64,000 nucleotides of DNA, taken from the NCBI GenBank assembly GCA_049792735.1, contig JBARBE010000047.1, positions 57,359-121,358 on the forward strand, read 5' to 3'. Positions 56,545-64,000 of this stretch are shown one piece after another. The position numbers were made by a program, and so were the translations under genes. The stretch is from Candidatus Acidiferrum sp. GTDB lineage: Bacteria; Acidobacteriota; Terriglobia; Acidiferrales; UBA7541. The notes under the pieces were generated by a model. It was not told where the DNA came from, made no database searches, and saw only the letters and a program-made list of their open reading frames with translations. Position 1 is the stretch's first letter, and every line of letters starts with the position of its first letter.

Positions 56545-56757
56545 TCACTGACTTGGCCGAAGTTCCCAACTCGGCTCTGATCTTTGATTCTCCCGCTCAA
56601 GCTGTCGAGTACATTCCGCGATTTGATCATCAATCGCTCTAATTTCCAGAGCGAGATGGAGATCATTGGGGCATTTTCCGTATCTCTTGGATAGCGGAGC
56701 TCTTCTATCCTGGAGAGCTTCGCGTTTTCGCTTCCAAACGCCTGCGCGCGCCGTCAT
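56545..56757 (-). CDS. Hypothetical small basic protein (70 aa)
   Basis: The ATG at 56757 follows GGAGAAGG. No family was recognised. It lies immediately downstream of rnpB on the same strand. Confidence 0.3.
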   Translation of the reverse strand: MTARAGVWKRKREALQDRRAPLSKRYGKCPNDLHLALEIRAIDDQIAECTRQLERENQRSEPSWELRPSQ

Positions 56758-56910
56758 TCGCCTTCTCCTCGCAACAAGTCTCGACTGACCGGAAAAGGGA
56801 TGTCTGTTCAATTTTGTACAACCCTCTTTATGCCGCGAGTTGGAGGTTAACGCTGAAAAAATTGGGAAGAACTTGGGAAGATACGTCAGAACAACGGTAA
56901 CTCGTTCAAA

Positions 56911-57542
56911 ATCAGCGGGTGAGCCTGTAAGCCGGATTCTGTGCAACGCGTCTCCCCGTAAAGGACAACGCGCTGCGGCGATCATTCCTCTAGGCCGTGA
57001 TTCGCACCACGGCTCCAGCAGCCTACCCGAGGGTTGCTCTCCGCGTCGGATTGCTCCATCGCAGAGGAAGAGCGCTAGCTTTCGCAGGCGTTCTCGGCGA
57101 GCCGGGCCGGCTCTCCCCTCCTATTTGGCCTTGCACCACGCGGGGTTTTCCGTGCCTCGTTTGTTGCCAAACGAGCGGTGGGCTCTTACCCCACCTTTTC
57201 ACCCTTGCCTAACTGAGCGAGCGTTTCGAAGACGTCCCGCAGGTTTTCCTGCGCGATGCCACCGTGCTTCTCCCAGCCGGCGGTATATTCTCTGTGGCAC
57301 TTTCCGTGAACAGTAGCACAGGCTTCAGCCTGTGCTCTTTCGCCGTCGCACGATTCGCGCACGACGGAAGCACAAGCCAGCCGCACAGACTCAAGTCTGT
57401 GCCACCGCTCCCCTGGCGTTACCAGGCGCGTTGCCCTATTTCGTCACCGGCCCTCTCGAGCCTACGACGACGGTGTCCGGACTTTCCTCCCGCTCAGCCA
57501 TCTTGCGATGACCAAGCCAGCGATCACCCAGCTCACCCGCCA
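56911..57542 (-). ncRNA. rnpB: RNase P RNA, bacterial type A, unusually long (~630 nt)
   Basis: Read on the minus strand, the conserved blocks are GGGAGGAAAGUCCGGACAC (57475-57491), GCCUGGUAACGCCAGGGG, GUGCCACAGAGAAUAUACCGCC, AAGGGUGAAAAGGUGGGGUAAGAGCCCACC, GCAAGGCCAAAUAGG, GGGUAGGCUGCUGGAGCC and ACAGAAUCCGGCUUACAGGCUCACCCGC. The 5' GCGGGUGAGCUG pairs with the 3' CAGGCUCACCCGC to form P1. The ends are approximate. Confidence 0.9.
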
Positions 57543-57593
57543 ACTCCATTATACCGCGAGAATGGCTTGATTGACCGTCGCTCTACTCAAACC

Positions 57594-59642
<2,049 letters not shown>

Positions 59643-59681
59643 TCAATTTCGCCAGACATTATATAGAATGAATACCGCCTG

Positions 59682-59710
59682 TGGAGTGCGGCAGCCCTGC
59701 TGCCGCTTTT
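59682..59710 (+). repeat. Conserved hairpin repeat, copy 1 (TGGAGTGCGGCAGC-CCT-GCTGCCGCTTTT)
   Basis: An 8-bp GC-rich stem with a T run. It lies in the divergent ligA / lipid kinase intergenic region. Confidence 0.8.
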
Positions 59711-59770
59711 CCCAGCCACCAGCACAACTCTAAATTTCGAGAGGCCCACGAGCTCGAGCCCGAATAACAG

Positions 59771-60739
59771 ATGACCACGGAAATCCAAAACGCGCTGTTG
59801 ATTCACAACCCCAACGCCGGAAACGGTGGTCATGGGCGCCGCAACCTGCTCGATAAAGCGCGCCGGATTTTCGCCGCCGGCGGCATTCAGACCGATCTCG
59901 CCGAAACCACCAAAGCCGGCGACGCCACGGAAATCGCGCAGCGCGCGCATGTGGAAGGACGTCAGCTCGTCATCGCCTGCGGCGGCGACGGCACGCTCAA
60001 TGAAATCGTGAACGGCCTCGCAGGACAAGTCAATGGACATCGCGTGCCGCTAGCGTTGCTTCCCGGCGGAACCGCCAATGTGCTTGCCAAAGAACTGGAC
60101 CTGCCGTGGGACATTCCCAGCGCAGCAGAAAAGCTGGTTCGGGGAGAAGTGCGTGAAATCCCTCTGGGACTCGCCACTCCGTTGAACGAACCGGCCAAGA
60201 AAAAATATTTTCTCAGCGTGGCTGGCGCGGGCGCCGATGGCATGATCGTGTACTCCATCGATCTCGACCTCAAGGCACGCGTCGGTATTCTCGCCTATTG
60301 GTGGCAAGGGGCGCGTGAGGCTCTGCGCTATAAGTTCCAGCACTTTCGCGTTACAGCCGCGGGCAAGGAAATCGACTCGTCGCTCGTCGTGGTTGGCCGC
60401 ACCAAAAACTACGGCGGTCCATTCAAAATCACCACCGATGCGGATCTCTATGAAGATCAGTTTGAGTTGATGACGCTGACCACGCGCAGCGGCTTGCGTT
60501 ACCTGAGTTATTTGCCGACCCTCTGGCTGGGAAAACTTCGCGGAACGGAAGGTGTCCACTTCTGGAAAGCGGATCACGTGCTCTGCGAGCCGCTCGATGA
60601 CAGCCCGATCTACGCACAGGTCGACGGCGAGCCGCTCGCTCGCCTTCCGGTTGAATTCAAAATTATGCCGCGCGCCCTGAAGCTGCTCGTGCCGCGCAAC
60701 GGTCTTCCCGCGCCATCGAAAACCGCCGCGCAGACATAA
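59771..60739 (+). CDS. Diacylglycerol-kinase-family lipid kinase (YegS/BmrU-like)
   Basis: Contains LLIHNPNAGNG and VIACGGDGTLNEIVNGL. Confidence 0.85.
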   Translation: MTTEIQNALLIHNPNAGNGGHGRRNLLDKARRIFAAGGIQTDLAETTKAGDATEIAQRAHVEGRQLVIACGGDGTLNEIVNGLAGQVNGHRVPLALLPGGTANVLAKELDLPWDIPSAAEKLVRGEVREIPLGLATPLNEPAKKKYFLSVAGAGADGMIVYSIDLDLKARVGILAYWWQGAREALRYKFQHFRVTAAGKEIDSSLVVVGRTKNYGGPFKITTDADLYEDQFELMTLTTRSGLRYLSYLPTLWLGKLRGTEGVHFWKADHVLCEPLDDSPIYAQVDGEPLARLPVEFKIMPRALKLLVPRNGLPAPSKTAAQT

Positions 60740-60741
60740 TC

Positions 60742-61818
60742 GTGGACATCGTCACTCATGGACTGGCGTCGCTGGCCGTAGCGCGAGGCTTTTTCCCCCG
60801 TGCCGGCAAAGCGGCGATGGCAAGCGCCGTTATTGCCGGTACGATTGCCGACATCGATTGGCTGAGCAGCTACTTCAGTCCCTCGGCCTTTCTCACTTGG
60901 CACGGCGCATATACGCACTCAATCCTCGCAGCTTTACTCGTTTCAATTCTTTTGCTGGCGATTCCCGTCCTAGCGATCTTTCGAGGCCCGGTGGGTATAG
61001 CGCTTACTGTGGCTGAGGCCGAGGCAGTTCGTGAAACCCCCAACGCCGGGCGAAATTTGAGCCTCCGCATAATCTTTATGGCTGCGTTCATCGCGCCGCT
61101 GTGTGCCGCTCTGCTTCACATTGCCATGGACGCGTGCCAATCAAGCGGAGCGATGCTTTTCTGGCCCTTCAGTACGCGTCGATATGCGCTGGACTGGCTG
61201 CCCGGCATCGATCCCTGGATTCTCACCATCCTCATCGGCGCGATCGCGATTCCCGAGTTGCTTCGTCTCGTCGGCTCAGAAATCGGCGCAAAATCAAAAA
61301 AGCCGCGCGGCCAGACTGGCGCCCTCATCGGCCTCGCTCTGATCCTCGTCTATGTGGGCGCACGAGCAACCCTGCACTCGAACGCAACCTCTTTGCTCGC
61401 ATCTCGTGCGTATCATGGCGAGACGGCGCGCCGTGCGTGGGCTTACCCGGAAACCCTCTCCCTGCTCACCTGGCGCGGAGTGGTGGAAACCGAAAGTGCG
61501 CTGGACGAAATCGATGTCAACGTCGCGGCCGCCAGCGATTTCGACCCGGACTACAGCTTGCGAATCTTCAAGCCCGAGCCTTCTCCCGCGCTGCAAGCCG
61601 CGCGAAACACAAATGTGGCCAAACGCTTTCTCGCGACGGCGCAGATTCCCAAAGCCAGCGTAGAAAAAACCGAAACAGGTTACGTCGTAGTCCTGCGCGA
61701 TCTACGCTGCGCCGCGTCGGGCGAGACCAAGCACGAAGTTTCCGCTTACATCGAGTTGGATCGAAACAACCAGGTCACATCACAAGAATTGGTATGGGCT
61801 CGCGACCTGCGCAACTGA
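60742..61818 (+). CDS. Membrane-bound metal-dependent hydrolase (YdjM/DUF457-like)
   Basis: The N-terminus reads MDIVTHGLASLAVARGF and there are several transmembrane segments. The call is made from memory of the family signature. Confidence 0.65.
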   Translation: MDIVTHGLASLAVARGFFPRAGKAAMASAVIAGTIADIDWLSSYFSPSAFLTWHGAYTHSILAALLVSILLLAIPVLAIFRGPVGIALTVAEAEAVRETPNAGRNLSLRIIFMAAFIAPLCAALLHIAMDACQSSGAMLFWPFSTRRYALDWLPGIDPWILTILIGAIAIPELLRLVGSEIGAKSKKPRGQTGALIGLALILVYVGARATLHSNATSLLASRAYHGETARRAWAYPETLSLLTWRGVVETESALDEIDVNVAAASDFDPDYSLRIFKPEPSPALQAARNTNVAKRFLATAQIPKASVEKTETGYVVVLRDLRCAASGETKHEVSAYIELDRNNQVTSQELVWARDLRN

Positions 61819-61825
61819 AAACAAT

Positions 61826-61853
61826 GTGGAGTGCGGCAGCCCTGCTGCCGCTT
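61826..61853 (+). repeat. Conserved hairpin repeat, copy 2
   Basis: tggagtgcggcagccctgctgccgcttt, between convergent genes. It could act as a bidirectional terminator. Confidence 0.8.
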
Positions 61854-61877
61854 TCTGCCGCTCACAAGTGATTTGTT

Positions 61878-62492
61878 TCAGTTAGCCTGTCCGGCCGGCG
61901 GCTTATGCCGCAGGATCCATCGCGAAAGCCCGTAGCTCACAGTCACAAGCCCAATCGCCAGGACCGTCACTTGCAACTTGTGCGCGACGAGATAAGGCAT
62001 CGCATCCGCGCCATAACGCACTGCAAGATAGCCTTCGCCAAAGTAACGAAACAACCGCGCCAGCGTGATCGCCGACGTAAAGCCAAAGACCGGCGCTTCA
62101 AAAACTCCAGCGGCGAATACAAATACTTTGAACGGCGTCGGCGGCGGTAGCAGCGCAGCTACCAACATTCCACCAAAGCCGTTGCGTTCGACCCAATGGC
62201 GAATCGCATGAGCGCGCGCTCCTGCCTTCCGGTGAAAGTAAGCTTCCCCACCCATGCGCGCCAGATAGTAAAGCAGCACGCAGCCTAGCACCGACCCTGT
62301 CGTGGCCATCAACGCATAGAGCGGCACCCGTTGCGGATGCTCAATAGACAAATGAATCAGCAGAAAATCATTGATGATGGGAAACGAGAGCACCGAGGAA
62401 TCCAAAAAGGAAATAAGAAAAAGGCCCGGCGCTCCTAGCCCGCCAGCGAAGGCGACAATCTTTTGCTTCCAGCCGTTCAAATTTAAGGGCAA
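61878..62492 (-). CDS. DedA/YqaA-family (SNARE-associated, VTT domain) membrane protein
   Basis: 204 aa and polytopic. Contains LFLISFLDSSVLSFP and LPPPTPFKVFVFAAG. Confidence 0.75.
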   Translation of the reverse strand: MPLNLNGWKQKIVAFAGGLGAPGLFLISFLDSSVLSFPIINDFLLIHLSIEHPQRVPLYALMATTGSVLGCVLLYYLARMGGEAYFHRKAGARAHAIRHWVERNGFGGMLVAALLPPPTPFKVFVFAAGVFEAPVFGFTSAITLARLFRYFGEGYLAVRYGADAMPYLVAHKLQVTVLAIGLVTVSYGLSRWILRHKPPAGQAN

Positions 62493-62505
62493 TCGCCACC
62501 CGAGT

Positions 62506-62537
62506 TTGGAGTGCGGCAGCCCAGCTGCCGCTTTTTT
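62506..62537 (+). repeat. Conserved hairpin repeat, copy 3
   Basis: tggagtgcggcagcccagctgccgcttttttt. The loop is CCA instead of CCT. Confidence 0.8.
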
Positions 62538-62605
62538 TCAGAGCCTCGCGCGACGCAAATTTTTGACGAAGCTCAAGCGCGCAAAGGGGCAGCCGTCCCG
62601 CGAGT

Positions 62606-62660
62606 CTATTGCGAAAACGCCGCCCGATCAAAGTGGTTCATGAAAATTTGCATCAACGCC
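62606..62660 (-). pseudogene. Orphan duplicate of the last 17 codons plus stop of bioD
   Basis: On the minus strand it reads ALMQIFMNHFDRAAFSQ*, identical in protein to the bioD C-terminus at 62716-62770. It differs at 9 nucleotide positions, all synonymous or stop-to-stop. Confidence 0.6.
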
Positions 62661-62715
62661 CCCAACGCCCGTCATTTCGAGCGGAGCGAGAAATCTCTCT
62701 TCGCTTGTCGCAGAA

Positions 62716-63351
62716 TTATTGCGAAAACGCCGCCCGATCGAAATGATTCATAAAGATCTGCATGAGCGCCGTCCGGTGAAGATTCGGAAGCCGGGGAATC
62801 TCGCCAATCACTCTGACATGTCCAAAGCGCTCGATGGTCTCGCGATTCTCGCGGTTCTGGTCGCCAATTAAAACCACTCCGTGCACCGGCAGTTCAGCCG
62901 CGTGCAGAGCCGCCAGTGTCAGCAGTGTGTGATTGATGGTGCCCGCACCGCTGCGCGCCGCAAGAATCACAGGAAGCCTAAACTTGACCATCATGTCCAG
63001 CATGAACTGTTTTTGATTGATAGGAACCAGCACGCCGCCCAGCCCTTCGACGACAAGCCAGTCATTCAGCAGGCTGGTAGGCAGATTGATCCGCCCCAGA
63101 TCGATTTCCACGCCCGCCCAGCGCGCGGCCAAATCTGGCGAAACCGGCGGCACAAATTTATAAACTTCGTCCAGTGTGCGATCCGTGCCGATTCCCGCGA
63201 GCCGCATCACAGTTACGCGGTCCGAGCCTTCGAGTGTCCCCGTCTGGATAGGTTTCCAGTAAACAGCGTCCAGCGCTGCGCAAAGTAGCGCAGATAGTGT
63301 CGTCTTTCCGACGCCCGCATCCGTACCTGTAATAAAGAAATGATTTCTCAC
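62716..63351 (-). CDS. bioD: ATP-dependent dethiobiotin synthetase
   Basis: GTG start. Contains the P-loop FFITGTDAGVGKTTLSALL, then WLVVEGLGGVLVP. Confidence 0.9.
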   Translation of the reverse strand: MRNHFFITGTDAGVGKTTLSALLCAALDAVYWKPIQTGTLEGSDRVTVMRLAGIGTDRTLDEVYKFVPPVSPDLAARWAGVEIDLGRINLPTSLLNDWLVVEGLGGVLVPINQKQFMLDMMVKFRLPVILAARSGAGTINHTLLTLAALHAAELPVHGVVLIGDQNRENRETIERFGHVRVIGEIPRLPNLHRTALMQIFMNHFDRAAFSQ

Positions 63352-63578
63352 GCGTGTCCCGCCGCTAGATCGTCGCGGCGCCGTGCCGAAGTTTTTAGCT
63401 GTGTTAAATACATTTCCCGAGCCAAGACGCCCTTTGTAAGTTTCCCATTGTAGCGAGCCGCGACGATAGCCGGAGCGCGCCCTGCTGCCTGCGGCAATGA
63501 ATCCGATTGCAAGGACCCCCGTCCAAACCGGGATGTTTCCTGTTCCAGCAGTGCAGGCATGTTACCATCGCTTAGCAA
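63348..63578 (-). CDS. Hypothetical 76-aa ORF overlapping the bioD start (GTGA)
   Basis: Supported only by the ORF itself and the 4-nt overlap. No family was recognised. Confidence 0.2.
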   Translation of the reverse strand: MLSDGNMPALLEQETSRFGRGSLQSDSLPQAAGRAPAIVAARYNGKLTKGVLAREMYLTQLKTSARRRDDLAAGHA

Positions 63579-63700
63579 CAGTTTTGATGCTCCGTATTCG
63601 CCGCGGTACCCTGCTACTAACGGTCTGCACCCGCGCCTGCTTGGACCCTTCCCGGCGCCGATTTCGCGCTCTCAGGACCATCCCCGGCGGTATCCTAATT

Positions 63701-63729
63701 TGGAGTGCGGGAGCCCTGCTCCCGCTTTT
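63701..63729 (+). repeat. Conserved hairpin repeat, copy 4 (with compensatory stem change)
   Basis: tggagtgcggGagccctgctCccgctttt. The C-to-G change in the 5' arm is matched by a G-to-C change in the 3' arm. Confidence 0.8.
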
Positions 63730-64000
63730 GCGAATGATGACGTGGAAAGAGCTTTCGCCTTTCGTCGCACCGCGCATGCCTGAGATCCGGCCTCGTCTTC
63801 TGATCGCCGAGTCGACAATACGCAACTGAAATTAGGCCACCACCACGCCTCCTCAAAGTTTGACCCGCCGCTCTTCGAAATGTTATAAATCAACGTTTTG
63901 TGTTTGCCCGTTCCTAGGCCCTACAGGGAGCTGCCTCATGTTGTTGCCGTGGCAGATAGGTTGGGCCAGCGTTCGGGCAGCCCCGGTCCGGCCGGGGCAG

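Noticed and set aside
7818-56939. Annotating 7.8-56.9 kb as a mobile element or genomic island feature.
   Set aside because: No integrase, excisionase, transposase or conjugation gene was found in any frame. The rnpB-tail repeats are reported as a hypothesis in the findings, not as an annotated mobile element.
62661-62715. The spacer gtcatttcgagcggagcgagaaatctc as a MITE or known dispersed repeat.
   Set aside because: It resembles repeat arms I recall from soil-bacterial genomes. Only one arm and one copy are visible here, so it cannot be substantiated from this window.
63938-64000. Possible start of a + strand CDS (MLLPWQIGWASVRAAPVRPGQ) or a structured RNA at the window edge.
   Set aside because: Only 21 codons are visible and GC-rich sequence of any kind could give this. 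There is no match to tmRNA, SRP or 6S RNA signatures.

Overview
This is a high-GC bacterial chromosomal window. The gene content and repeat style suggest Acidobacteriota, but that is an inference from memory and was not verified. I split it into six parts.

- **1-7168, minus strand.** A c-di-GMP signalling operon. It holds a receiver-GGDEF(degenerate)-EAL protein, a histidine kinase with three tandem PAS domains, two paralogous single-domain receivers, and a receiver-PAS-GGDEF-EAL protein cut by the window edge.
- **8255-10139, plus strand.** A DyP peroxidase plus family-1 encapsulin cargo/shell operon. It is bracketed by two orphan copies of the last ~27 nt of RNase P RNA.
- **10.9-12.9 kb.** A cluster of small stress proteins: a metallothionein-like protein, CsbD, a DUF3309-like protein, a His-rich protein and a BON lipoprotein.
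- **13.5-16.8 kb.** Regulators: an ECF sigma factor, two Crp/Fnr proteins and a receiver protein.
- **17.1-56.2 kb.** A very large exopolysaccharide region.
  - It includes an unusual module (PRTase-like/kinase-like/HAD fusion, a proline-dehydrogenase homologue and two CelD-like acyltransferases).
  - It also has a secreted Ig-repeat heparinase-II/III-like lyase.
  - A ~26 kb minus-strand operon (54538 down to 28211) is headed by a NusG/UpxY-like antiterminator and encodes a complete exosortase/PEP-CTERM export set.
  - A PilZ protein and a LuxR-type pseudo-receiver regulator lie upstream of that operon.
- **56.9-64 kb.** Housekeeping genes: an unusually long RNase P RNA (~630 nt), ligA, a lipid kinase, a membrane hydrolase, a DedA/YqaA protein and bioD. 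These are interspersed with four copies of a conserved hairpin repeat and a duplicated bioD tail.

I saw no rRNA, tRNA, CRISPR array, transposase or integrase. All protein calls rest on motif recognition by eye, because no searches were run.
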